From assembly GCA_034440375.1 (NCBI GenBank), contig JAWXBZ010000218.1, positions 1-43,346 of the forward strand: a DNA stretch of 43,346 bases, read 5' to 3'. The DNA is from Candidatus Eiseniibacteriota bacterium (GTDB lineage Bacteria > Eisenbacteria > RBG-16-71-46 > JABDJR01 > JAWXBZ01). The notes under the pieces are model-generated. The model made no database searches. It worked only from the letters and a program-made list of their open reading frames with translations, and was not told the origin of the DNA. A program made the position numbers and the translations under genes. How positions within the stretch are numbered: the stretch's first letter is position 1; each line of letters begins with the position of its first letter. Positions 11,863-21,488 of the stretch are shown piece by piece.

Positions 11863-12954
11863 CTACGGCAGGAACTTGTCGGTGACCTTCAGCTTCTCCG
11901 GGAGGTAGGTCTCGATGACATAGTTCAGCCCGTGCGCGGCCAACGCCTGCTGCTCGGCACGGACACCCATCGAAAGCAGCTTCTCCATCGCCTTCTGCCA
12001 GATCTTGTGGTGCTGAAAGAACGGATCATTCTTGATGGCATCCCGGGCCCGCTTGACGTCGATCTCCTTGAGCGGGTGCGTGGGCAACTCGTAGTCGATG
12101 ATGTCCTGTGGCGTGATCCCCAGGAAGCGGGCCTGCGGCACGCAGAAGAACTCGTTCAGGTGCGCCGCGCTTCCGGAACCGACCTTGAGCGTCCGATATA
12201 TGTTGGCGATGCCGTACGGGTCGCCGTCAACGAAAACATAGACCGGTATCTTCTTGTCGTCGGCCAGGCGGCGAATGAAACGGCGGCAGGCCCGGGTCGG
12301 AACGCCCCCCATCGAGATCAGGATGCAGTTGGATTGCTTCCAGTAGTTGTGCTTGACCAGCCGCTGGAACATGCCGGCCGTTTCGATGACCAGGATGAAG
12401 CTGGCCTTGGTCTCGAACTGAAGATCCTCCACGGTGATGGGGATCGAGTAGGCACCGCTGCCGAACTTGGTGCAGTCGATGCGGAGCGGTTGACCGGTGT
12501 CGCGGTCCTTGTCGATGACGACCAGCTGGCCCGCCACTTCGCCCCCCTTCTCTTCGGGGATGAAGCCAAGCTGCTCGCGATTGACACTGAAGAGCGCCTC
12601 CACGTCGTCCATGACCGTGTCCGACTCCGGCTGTTCCAGAAAGCGGGCTTCGCCCCAGTTCTTCGAAACGTAGTAGGCCTCCCGCTTCGTGGCAATGTCG
12701 TCATTTTCGACCAGCTGTTTGCTCAGGGCCATCATCCGAAGCGTCTGGGCAAATGTCTTCACCGTGTTCACGGTCAGCGTCCGCTCCTTCTTCAAACCGC
12801 GAATCTCGAAGTACCCCTGCTTCGGCGTGTAGCGCACATTGGCCAGCGATCGGATCGGAAACTTCATGGATGGCTTGTCGCGCTTCAGGATTTTGCTGTG
12901 AACATTCTCGGCTTCGGCGACGATTTTCCTGGCGACGGACTTGGCGGCTGCCAT
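11863..12954 (-). CDS. top6A: DNA topoisomerase VI subunit A (Spo11-like)
   Basis: Catalytic-Tyr motif TKREAYY, F..Q.ESD, TOPRIM Glu in VIETAGMF, GGVP..A.R.F, DxD motif DGDPYG, RAEQQAL. ATG overlaps the upstream stop (TGATG). Confidence 0.93.
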   Translation of the reverse strand: MAAAKSVARKIVAEAENVHSKILKRDKPSMKFPIRSLANVRYTPKQGYFEIRGLKKERTLTVNTVKTFAQTLRMMALSKQLVENDDIATKREAYYVSKNWGEARFLEQPESDTVMDDVEALFSVNREQLGFIPEEKGGEVAGQLVVIDKDRDTGQPLRIDCTKFGSGAYSIPITVEDLQFETKASFILVIETAGMFQRLVKHNYWKQSNCILISMGGVPTRACRRFIRRLADDKKIPVYVFVDGDPYGIANIYRTLKVGSGSAAHLNEFFCVPQARFLGITPQDIIDYELPTHPLKEIDVKRARDAIKNDPFFQHHKIWQKAMEKLLSMGVRAEQQALAAHGLNYVIETYLPEKLKVTDKFLP

Positions 12955-13574
12955 CAGGCACGACTCCTTAGAATGGCCCGAACCGGACTGCCGTCGAGGC
13001 CCATGAGCTTTAGCGGCAGGGCGATCAGTTCGTAATCGCCGGGGGGCACATCGGTCAAATCCAGATTTTCGAGGTTGGCGATGCCGTGGCGCCGAAGGGC
13101 GTGATGGGCATCGAGCGACTTCGAGTGAAAGTCGTCCATGGATGGGGTGTCGAGGCCGACGAGCAATACTCCGGCCTTGCCGCAGGCCTCGACGGCGGCC
13201 GGGGTGAAATGGGCGAATGGTGTCGCGTACGGATCGACCGGCCGGCATCGTCTTGTTTTGAAAAGCAGGCGCGTAGCGCCTCCCCACATGAGTCCTTCCA
13301 ATCGTCCGACATCGATCGGCCCATCCCCAGGCGCGTCAAAAACCCGCGCCGGTCCAATGTAAGCATCGAGCGGCGTCTCTCCCATCGTCAGCCCGTGGTC
13401 GGCCACGTGAAAAAAGGCGTCCGCGTGGGTGCCGGTGTGCGGACTCATGGTCAGCCGCGTCACGTTCACGGTATCCCCGCCGGACAGTCGCATGGTCCAA
13501 TCGAAGCCAAAGCGCGAATCACCCGGCCAGACCGCCATCCCGGGGGCAACGGGGGCCGTGATGTCGTAAATCAT
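12954..13574 (-). CDS. kynB: Kynurenine formamidase / cyclase-family metal hydrolase
   Basis: IYDIT.P...MAVWPGD, metal motif HTGTHAD, GLDTPSMD, LENLDL, YELIALPLKL..LDGSPVRAIL. Confidence 0.85.
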   Translation of the reverse strand: MIYDITAPVAPGMAVWPGDSRFGFDWTMRLSGGDTVNVTRLTMSPHTGTHADAFFHVADHGLTMGETPLDAYIGPARVFDAPGDGPIDVGRLEGLMWGGATRLLFKTRRCRPVDPYATPFAHFTPAAVEACGKAGVLLVGLDTPSMDDFHSKSLDAHHALRRHGIANLENLDLTDVPPGDYELIALPLKLMGLDGSPVRAILRSRA

Positions 13575-14818
13575 CAACCGACCTCACCGACCGGCGGCTG
13601 GTATTCCTTCCAGGCTCCGGACTTGAGGATGGACTGGATCTCGGCCACGACGGCATCCACCTCATCCTCGGTATTGTAGAAATGAGGGCCGATCCGGATG
13701 CCGGCGCCCGGCCGGAAATCGACGACGAACTCGCGCGCGATGAGCGTTTTGGCCACGGCATGTGCCTCGGGAACGCCGAGGCTGACCGTGGCACCCCTTC
13801 GGGCGGCTTCGCGCGGGCTGTTGATCGTGAAACCGGCGGCATCCGCCCGGTCGAAGAGCCGCTGCGACAGCTGGAGCGAGCGGGCGCGGATGGCGTTGAC
13901 GCCGATCTCGTTGATGATCCGGTAGCCGGCCGCCGCGGCGTACAGGCACGGCACATGCGGCGTGCCGTTCAGAAAACGGCCGGCGTCGTTCCGGTAGTTC
14001 ATCGGGCCGGGGTCGAACGTGAACGGTGTTTCGTGCGCCTGCCAGCCGCAGAACGACGGCTTGAGCGTGGGGATCAGTGACGGCTTCGCATACACGAAAC
14101 CGGCTCCCGGACCCCCGCAGAGCCACTTCACCGAGCCACCCGTCATGTAATCCACGTCAAGCAAAGTCACATCGCAGGGGACGGTGCCCACCGATTGGTA
14201 GGCGTCCAGCAGCACATGAGCACCGACCTGTCGGGCCCGTCGGACGATCGGCTCGATGTCGACGATGGCGGCGCTCTTGAAGAGCACATGGCTGACGACG
14301 ACGAGTTGCGTCTCCTCGTCGATCGCTTCGAGCAGTTGATCCGTGTCAAAGGAAAGTCCGTCGGCGCTCGGCACGCGAACCAGCCGGGCCCCGCGCCGGG
14401 TCAGCCCCACAAGGAGATACAGGACCGACGGAAATTCGACGTCGGTGGTCACGATCCGATTGCGGCGGCCGGTCCAGTCGTAGCTGGAGGCGATGGCCTC
14501 GACGCCGATCGTGACATTCTGGACCATCGCCACGCTCCCCATTGGAGCGTTGACGATGCGGCCGACCATGTTGCCGACCGTGATCGGCAGCTCCCACCAC
14601 CCCTCGCCCCAGGCCCGAACACCCCGATCCGCCCAGGCGTCAGCGAAGGCACGCAGCTCAGCGTACACGCCGCGGGGCATCGCCCCAAGACTGTGGCTGA
14701 CCATGTAGACGGTGTGCTCGAGGATTGGAAATTCGGCCCGCCAGGGGAGGAGGGCGTCAGCCGTCATGCGCTCCGGCGGCCCGATGGGGCCGTCGCTCTG
14801 CGGGCGGGCCGTCGTCAC
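13574..14818 (-). CDS. kynU: Kynureninase-like PLP enzyme (aminotransferase class V)
   Basis: RAEFP, SHSLGAMP, W...GV..W..GWW, EFPS, LDAYQSVG, PLP-Lys motif GGSVKWLCGGPGAG, GTP; adjacent to kynB. GTG 14818 overlaps the top6B stop (GTGA); alternative ATG at 14767. Confidence 0.75.
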   Translation of the reverse strand: MTTARPQSDGPIGPPERMTADALLPWRAEFPILEHTVYMVSHSLGAMPRGVYAELRAFADAWADRGVRAWGEGWWELPITVGNMVGRIVNAPMGSVAMVQNVTIGVEAIASSYDWTGRRNRIVTTDVEFPSVLYLLVGLTRRGARLVRVPSADGLSFDTDQLLEAIDEETQLVVVSHVLFKSAAIVDIEPIVRRARQVGAHVLLDAYQSVGTVPCDVTLLDVDYMTGGSVKWLCGGPGAGFVYAKPSLIPTLKPSFCGWQAHETPFTFDPGPMNYRNDAGRFLNGTPHVPCLYAAAAGYRIINEIGVNAIRARSLQLSQRLFDRADAAGFTINSPREAARRGATVSLGVPEAHAVAKTLIAREFVVDFRPGAGIRIGPHFYNTEDEVDAVVAEIQSILKSGAWKEYQPPVGEVG

Positions 14819-16575
14819 AGGTTGCGGCTCCGCTCCAGCGTGTCTCGAAGGGTTGCGACGACGTCCTTCTCCTGCTGGTCGCTGAGCTTCAGAATTTCCT
14901 TGAGCGCGATGCCGATGTGCGGGATGTACTTCTCGATATACGAGAGCTTTTTCAGCTCCATCGCCTCCCGCTGGCCGCGGCGGACATAAATACCGAGACG
15001 CCGGCCGCACTCCTGGATGGCCAGCCGGATTTCCTTGATGATCTCGGGATAGTGAGCGATGGCTTCCTTGCTCTCCGAGGTGAACGGTACCCAGACCGAG
15101 GCGATGTGCACCATGATGACCAGGGCCCCCGTCGGCAGGGCCCCGCGGCTCTGCTGAACGCCATAGGACTTCCAAGAGGTGGAGATGACACCTTTCGTCA
15201 CCGCGCAGGCCGACTGCTGATACAGGAGCGGCACGCGGTTGGCGAAACGGTACAGCTCGGCCAGATCGTCGCCGGGCATCTCCTTGACGTTCCACGCCAG
15301 CCCCACCTCGATCAGAAATGGATTGCCGCGGTAAACCTGCGGGCCCCGGCTGTTGGCCGTGTAGAAGTCGGCCTGGAACTGGGTTCGCATGCCGGCCAGG
15401 AGCTGGTCCTCTCCGATTGGCGAGAGGCAGTTGGTGGGCGGCGCCATGAGCTTCGTGGCATTGATCGCCTGGTAAAGTTTTTCGGCTGAATCGCGGTGGA
15501 CGCGCGACGGCGAGGTCGACTCGTCGACCTTCGCCGCTTTCAGGATGTCTTCGGCGGCCTTGGCGCTGACCCGGCTGAATTCCGTCGTCAGAAAGGCCTT
15601 CACGTTTCGGGAAGTGGTGTCCTTCAACATCCGCATCAGCATGCCGAGTTCGATGCCGTGCGGGTGCGGCTTGATCTCCATCGGCTCTTTCGGAAGCTCG
15701 TTGGTGGCCCGCTCGAAAACCATCTCCGGGTCCTTGGGCGCCTTGTACACGATCCGTGCGTGCGGGTTGGCCAGCGCCGTCTGCTCCATGTAGCCGTCGA
15801 CCGAACGTTTGCCGCGCTTGTAGGTGGCCTCCAGCTCGAGTTCGACGCGGGTGCCGTGATCCACATCCCATTCCACCTCCTTGTCCACGCCGACCACCGG
15901 CATGTTCCGGTTGGTGTCGATCTGGATCTCGAAGTGGTGGGCCGGCTTGTTCGCGTCGATCTTGCTGCGGATGATGATCGGCTTGCCGGTCGTGAGCTGC
16001 CCGTACATGCCGGCGGCCGAGATGCCGATCCCCTGCTGACCGCGACTCTGCCGCAGGCGATGAAACTTGGACCCGTACAACAGGCTGCCGAACACGCGCG
16101 GCACCTGCTGGCGCACGATGCCGGGGCCATTGTCCTCGACGACCACCCGGTAGCGGGTCTCGCTGAGCTCGACAATCTCGATCCTCAAATCCGGCAGAAT
16201 GCCGGCCTCTTCACAGGCATCGAGCGAGTTGTCGACCGCCTCCTTGATCGTGGTCAGAAGCGCCTTGGCCGGGTTGTCGAACCCAAGCAGATGCCGGTTC
16301 TTGGAGAAGAACTCACTGACCGAAATTTCGCGTTGGCGATTCGCCATCTCACGGGCATCGGGATGCACACGTACCGATTTGGGGGCGCGTTTCTCGGACG
16401 GCTCCCGTGCCGGCTTCGGCGACGCTTTTCCGGTGGGCTTTGCCGCCGCTTTTCCGGTGGGCTTTGCCGCCGCTTTCGCCGCCCCCTTTCCCGTCTGTAC
16501 AGACTTCGGCGACGGGGCCGGGATTTCTTCGGGCTCCAGAAGAGCCATCTGGGATGACGCAGTTTTTTTCGCCAA
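14815..16575 (-). CDS. top6B: DNA topoisomerase VI subunit B (GHKL ATPase) with a Lys/Ala/Pro-rich N-terminal extension
   Basis: QREISVSEFFSKNRHLLGF, KEAVDNSLDA, EDNGPGI, LYGSKFH..QSRGQQGIGIS, KPHPHG, RFANRVPL, VPFTSESKEAIA; TTG 16575 with AGGAG upstream. Confidence 0.93.
   Translation of the reverse strand: MAKKTASSQMALLEPEEIPAPSPKSVQTGKGAAKAAAKPTGKAAAKPTGKASPKPAREPSEKRAPKSVRVHPDAREMANRQREISVSEFFSKNRHLLGFDNPAKALLTTIKEAVDNSLDACEEAGILPDLRIEIVELSETRYRVVVEDNGPGIVRQQVPRVFGSLLYGSKFHRLRQSRGQQGIGISAAGMYGQLTTGKPIIIRSKIDANKPAHHFEIQIDTNRNMPVVGVDKEVEWDVDHGTRVELELEATYKRGKRSVDGYMEQTALANPHARIVYKAPKDPEMVFERATNELPKEPMEIKPHPHGIELGMLMRMLKDTTSRNVKAFLTTEFSRVSAKAAEDILKAAKVDESTSPSRVHRDSAEKLYQAINATKLMAPPTNCLSPIGEDQLLAGMRTQFQADFYTANSRGPQVYRGNPFLIEVGLAWNVKEMPGDDLAELYRFANRVPLLYQQSACAVTKGVISTSWKSYGVQQSRGALPTGALVIMVHIASVWVPFTSESKEAIAHYPEIIKEIRLAIQECGRRLGIYVRRGQREAMELKKLSYIEKYIPHIGIALKEILKLSDQQEKDVVATLRDTLERSRNL
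16423..16476. repeat. In-frame 24-bp tandem repeat (2.25 copies) encoding AAAKPTGK in Top6B
   Basis: CGCTTTTCCGGTGGGCTTTGCCGC at 16423-16446 and 16447-16470, followed by a partial CGCTTT. Confidence 0.9.
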
Positions 16576-16626
16576 CGGTGTGGACTCCTGGCCAAGGGCG
16601 GGCCTGTCAGATGGTGTGGTCCGGCG

Positions 16627-16656
16627 ATTCTGCGTTGCGAAGGGAGGAAGCGTCAA
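16627..16656 (-). promoter_or_regulatory. Putative sigma70 promoter of the top6B-kynU-kynB-top6A operon
   Basis: Minus strand TTGACG, 18 nt, CAGAAT, about 50 nt upstream of the top6B start. Confidence 0.4.
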
Positions 16657-16699
16657 GACGGACCAGACTTTCCAATCGAAATTTGCCAGAATGGACGCC

Positions 16700-17500
16700 A
16701 TGCCATCCGTCCCCGCTGCCGTCAACGGAACCGTCAGATTTCGCATCGTGCGAATCGCCCGGTTCTGGTTGCTCGCCACCATGGCTTCCATCGGCCTGTG
16801 CCTTGTGGCGGCAATTCGCGTCGGCCGGATCGATCCGACACTGGTGCGGGCGGGCAGCGTCGGTGTGATTGCGCTTCCGCTCCTCGTTGTTGCCGCCGCA
16901 GGGATCCTGATCGGCGTTCTGCTTGATCAGATCATTGGCCGGCTCGGCGATTTGGGTCGCTTAGTCGCGCGGCGGATGCGACCGGATCAAGCACCTCCGT
17001 CCCCCGCAATTCTTGAAACGACTCGAGTCGATGTGACCATGGCGCTCATCGCGCTGGCGGGTTCGTGGACCGCCTTTAAATGGTTGGCAATTCCCCTGAC
17101 CATCCCCGGTCGCGGCGCAGTCAGCGTTCCGATGATCGCCGCGAGCGCCGGCCCGTTGCTCATTCCGCTGTCGATCGGGCTGGGACTTGAGGCGGTGCTG
17201 GGTCTCGCCCGGCTCATTGTCGGCGAATCGGGGCGCTGGTGGTTCACGCGCGCGCTGCTCCGCCTGTCCTGGATCGCATTCGCGGTCATTGTCATTGCCG
17301 GACCCAATCTATTGATCGGCGATCCTCTTGAATGGGCCTCGCGCATTGGCCCTTCGCCGCTATCGGTTGAGTGGCTTGAAGCAGCCCCCCGTGCGATGGC
17401 GGCGGGCTGGCCGCTGGCACAGATTGCATTGGCAGGAATGCTGGTATGGCAGTTACTGACGCTCATTCGGGAGGTACCGCGAGTCTGGCGACGATCGTGA
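16700..17500 (+). CDS. Hypothetical multi-pass membrane protein
   Basis: About six hydrophobic segments; fills the gap between top6B and iaaA. Start ATG 16700 (or 16691). No family recognised. Confidence 0.55.
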   Translation: MPSVPAAVNGTVRFRIVRIARFWLLATMASIGLCLVAAIRVGRIDPTLVRAGSVGVIALPLLVVAAAGILIGVLLDQIIGRLGDLGRLVARRMRPDQAPPSPAILETTRVDVTMALIALAGSWTAFKWLAIPLTIPGRGAVSVPMIAASAGPLLIPLSIGLGLEAVLGLARLIVGESGRWWFTRALLRLSWIAFAVIVIAGPNLLIGDPLEWASRIGPSPLSVEWLEAAPRAMAAGWPLAQIALAGMLVWQLLTLIREVPRVWRRS

Positions 17501-17509
17501 GCGCCGATG

Positions 17510-18463
17510 CTACGTCACGGCGCCGGCTGTTTCCGCGTCGATGCGGGCGTCGACGGCGAGCATGTGGGGAGTGCGCCAGGCGAAAGCCATGCGGGGGGTG
17601 TTGTGGGCGAAGCCGATCCAGCCGGCGCGATCGATCATGATGAGTCCACCCCAGCCGGAAACCTTTCGGCCGAGTTCCTGGATGGCGCGCTGTGCCGCCT
17701 CGGGGGCGACGGCGCCCTGGCCGATCAGATCGGCGGCGAGTTTGGCCAGGCCGACTCGTATGATGGATTCACCCCAACCGGTCGTCGAGACGCCGGCCAG
17801 TTCGTTGTCGGCCCAGTAGCCGCACCCGGGCAGAGGTGAATCGCCGACGCGGCCGGGCCGCTTGTAGAGTGAGCCACCGGTGGACGTGCCGGCCGAGATC
17901 CTGCCGTCCTTGTCGAGCGCCACGGCGCCCACTGTACCGAAGTGGCGATGGCGGAAGGCGTCCTCCGTGCTCATCTTGACATGCCCTTTGCGCTGGACTT
18001 CCCATCGCGAAAGCTCGCGCGGGACAACCAGCACATGATTGGGGTGGAGTGTGACCCCCTTTTCGGCCGCGTACCGTTCGGCTCCCTCACCGACCATCAG
18101 GATATGATCGCCGACGTCCATGATTTTACGGGCGGCCAGGATCGGATTCCTGAGCCGTTTGACCGCGGCCACCGCGCCGGCCCGCAGGGTGGTCCCCTCC
18201 ATCATGCCGGCATCGAGTTCGACCTCACCATCCCGGTTGAGATGGGAGCCGGTGGCGGCATCGAAGGTGGGATCGTCCTCGAGAAGCAGGAGGGCCCGTT
18301 CGACGGCGTCGATGGCGCTGCAACCCTGCTCGAGCAGTTCCCAGGCGGCCTCGGTGGCCAGTCGCACGCCATGCACATGCGCCTTGACCTCGGGGTCAGG
18401 GATGCCCCAGGCCCCGCCATGAACAATGATGGCCGGCCGGGCCCCGGTTGCGGATTGGGTCAT
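17510..18463 (-). CDS. iaaA: Isoaspartyl peptidase / L-asparaginase (Ntn hydrolase)
   Basis: IIVHGGAW, LEDDPTFDA, ELDAGMMEG, nucleophile motif GTVGAVALD, GTSTGG, PGRVGDSP, TGWGE. Confidence 0.92.
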   Translation of the reverse strand: MTQSATGARPAIIVHGGAWGIPDPEVKAHVHGVRLATEAAWELLEQGCSAIDAVERALLLLEDDPTFDAATGSHLNRDGEVELDAGMMEGTTLRAGAVAAVKRLRNPILAARKIMDVGDHILMVGEGAERYAAEKGVTLHPNHVLVVPRELSRWEVQRKGHVKMSTEDAFRHRHFGTVGAVALDKDGRISAGTSTGGSLYKRPGRVGDSPLPGCGYWADNELAGVSTTGWGESIIRVGLAKLAADLIGQGAVAPEAAQRAIQELGRKVSGWGGLIMIDRAGWIGFAHNTPRMAFAWRTPHMLAVDARIDAETAGAVT

Positions 18464-18515
18464 TGAATCCTCTGCTAAACTGCTCGGACGACGGCGCATC
18501 ATACCCGAGGACGTC

Positions 18516-18884
18516 ATGACCCGGAAGCAGTTCGAAAAACTCGTCGCCGAGGCCGTGAGCGCCCTCCCCGACGAATTCCTCGCCCATCTCGGCAACGTCG
18601 ACATCGTCGTCGAGGATTTTCCGGGCCCCGACATCATCGAAATGGAAGAGCTCGAATCCCCCTACGACCTGCTCGGCTACTTCGAGGGCGTGCCGCTCAC
18701 CGAGAGGGAATCGAACAGTGAACCGCTCCTTCCCGACCGGATCACGATCTTTCAGATTCCGATCGAATCGATCGCCACCAGCCGCGCCGAACTGGTCGAG
18801 GAGATCCAGAAGACCGTCGTCCACGAGGTGGCCCACTTCTTCGGCCTGGACGAGGAACGGATTTCGGAACTGGGATGGGACTGA
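18516..18884 (+). CDS. Minimal zincin metallopeptidase (Zincin_1/DUF1025-like)
   Basis: F..LV.EA...LP, LLGYFEGVPLTER, PDRITIF, TVVHEVAHFFG (HExxH). Confidence 0.88.
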   Translation: MTRKQFEKLVAEAVSALPDEFLAHLGNVDIVVEDFPGPDIIEMEELESPYDLLGYFEGVPLTERESNSEPLLPDRITIFQIPIESIATSRAELVEEIQKTVVHEVAHFFGLDEERISELGWD

Positions 18885-18932
18885 GCGGAGACGTCAGTTG
18901 TCGGCGTGAGGGCGTTCGGCGCCGGTGCTCCC

Positions 18933-19645
<713 letters not shown>

Positions 19646-19649
<4 letters not shown>

Positions 19650-20437
19650 GCCGGGGCTCCATGATGCGTGACGTCCTCGCCCAGGTACGCCTCGATGACC
19701 TTTGGATCCTGACGGATGACGGCCGGAATCCCCTCCGCGATCTTGACTCCATGGTCGAGGACGGCAATCCGCTCGCAGATGGACATGACGAAGCGCATGT
19801 CGTGCTCGATCATCAGGATGGTCAGGTTGAAGGGCTTGCGGATTTCCTGGATGAGCTTGAGCAGATCCTGCTTCTCGGATGGGTTCATGCCCGCAGCGGG
19901 CTCGTCGAGAAGAAGAAGTTTTGGTCGGGTGGCCAGAGCCCGGGCGATCTCGAGGCGCCGCTGGTCCCCATACGGGAGGCTCTTCCCAAGCTCGTCGGCC
20001 ACGGCGGTCAGGCCGAGGATATCGAGGAGCCGATCGACCTCGGCCGCCAGTTCGTCCTCTTCGGACATGAAAGCGGGAAGACGAAGCGCCGCGGCGAACA
20101 GTCCATGCTTTGTCCGGCTCTGCAACGCCGTCCGAACGTTTTCCGCCACGGACATGCTGTCAAACAGCCGGATGTTTTGAAACGTTCGACCGATGCCGAG
20201 GCGGCTGATCTGGTGCGTCTTCTGTCCGGCCAGCGAGCGCCCCAAAAAGAGAGCCTGGCCGCTGGTCGGCGGGAAGACGCCGGTGATCATGTTGAAGACC
20301 GTGGTTTTCCCGGCCCCGTTCGGCCCGATCAGTCCGATCAGTTCGCCGGAAGCGATTTCGAGGTCAACGTCATCAACCGCCTTCAATCCGCCGAACTGGA
20401 TGCCCAGTCCGCGAAGCGAAAGGACCGGTACGCTCAT
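19646..20437 (-). CDS. livG: Branched-chain amino acid ABC transporter ATPase LivG
   Basis: FGGLKAV, GPNGAGKTT, RTFQNIRLF, LPYGDQRRLEIARAL, DEPAAGMN, IEHDM. Confidence 0.93.
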
Positions 20438-21486
20438 GCCTTCGCCTCCTCAGGATTCCGCCGGCGCCGAGGTTTGCGTGTTCGGTTGCCCAGCAGACCC
20501 TGTGGGCGCACCAGCATCAGGACAATCAGCAGGATCGAGTAGATGACCATTCGGAGCGGGCCGGAGGCCCGGAGCAGCTCGGGCAGGACCGTCAACATGA
20601 TGGCGGCCAGCGTGACGCCAGTCAGGCTTCCCATGCCGCCGAGGACGACCATCACGACGACCTCGATCGACTTCATGAAGTTGAATGTCTCCGGATTCAG
20701 GTACGAGTCATAGTGAGCGGCCAGAGCGCCGGCCACGCCGGCAAAGAAGGCGCTGACGATAAAGGCCGTCACCTTGTAGCGGGTCGTGGAGATCCCGACC
20801 GACTCGGCGGCCACCTCGTCATCGCGAACCGCCAGGAAGGCCCGTCCGCGGGTCGACTCGACCATGTTGCGCGAGACGATGATGGTGATGGCGGCGGTGC
20901 CGAATACCCAGATGAACGGGTTTTCGAAGATCGAATGGGGACTGCCCGTACCCGGGATATCGGAAAAGCCGAGCGAGCCACCCACCGACCTGGTATTCAG
21001 CAGGATCACCCGGATGATTTCGCCGAATCCGAGCGTCACGATGGCCAGGTAATCACCCTTCAACCGAAGCGTCGGAACACCCACGAGGAGGCCGGTCAGG
21101 CTGGCCGCCACGCCACCCAGATAGGCGCAGCAAGCGAAGAAAAGGACGCCGGCCATCCCCTCCGGAAGATGAAGCGTGCGGACGAGGAACTCCATCCAGG
21201 CGCCATGGCCGGGCTTGGCCAGGTTGCCCAGGTAAAACGAGAGTCCCGCCGAAACGTAGGCGCCGACCGCCATGAATCCGGCGTGCCCCAGCGAGAACTG
21301 CCCGGTGTAGCCGTTGATCAGGTTCAGCGACACAGCCAGCGTGATGCTGATGCCGGAGAGGATGACGATCCGGGCGATGTAGCCCGAAAATGCCGTCTCC
21401 ATCAGGTAGTTCAGCGCGAACAGGACCAGGAGGCCGGCAACGCCGAGGCCGAGATTCCGGATGAAGTCGCGCCGATGGTCGATCAT
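20434..21486 (-). CDS. livM: Branched-chain amino acid ABC transporter permease LivM
   Basis: SLNLINGYTGQFSLGHAGF, LRLKGDYLAIVTLGFGE, VVLGGMGS, RPQGLLG. Confidence 0.92.
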   Translation of the reverse strand: MIDHRRDFIRNLGLGVAGLLVLFALNYLMETAFSGYIARIVILSGISITLAVSLNLINGYTGQFSLGHAGFMAVGAYVSAGLSFYLGNLAKPGHGAWMEFLVRTLHLPEGMAGVLFFACCAYLGGVAASLTGLLVGVPTLRLKGDYLAIVTLGFGEIIRVILLNTRSVGGSLGFSDIPGTGSPHSIFENPFIWVFGTAAITIIVSRNMVESTRGRAFLAVRDDEVAAESVGISTTRYKVTAFIVSAFFAGVAGALAAHYDSYLNPETFNFMKSIEVVVMVVLGGMGSLTGVTLAAIMLTVLPELLRASGPLRMVIYSILLIVLMLVRPQGLLGNRTRKPRRRRNPEEAKA

Positions 21487-21488
21487 GC

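Noticed and set aside
12955-13287. 111-aa N-terminal extension of Top6A in the ORF track
   Set aside because: It overlaps kynB in another frame. ATG 12954 has an AGGAG SD and a TGATG coupling.
14819-15871. 765-aa ORF suggesting a long N-terminal extension or fusion on kynureninase
   Set aside because: The extra part is an alternative frame inside top6B with Arg/Gly/Pro-rich junk composition; the real start is GTG 14818 or ATG 14767.
16423-16476. 24-bp direct repeat as a possible CRISPR or att site
   Set aside because: Tandem with no spacer, in frame within a CDS, and no cas or integrase genes nearby.
11863-16575. Top6A/Top6B as a defence system (Wadjet JetD or other TOPRIM/GHKL systems) or mobile cargo
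   Set aside because: Both proteins carry canonical Topo VI-specific motifs; no SMC, nuclease or mobility genes and no evident compositional shift.
16199-16791. Extended starts for top6B (16791) and the membrane protein (16199)
   Set aside because: They would make the divergent genes overlap extensively; better starts with SD or promoter support exist at 16575 and 16700.
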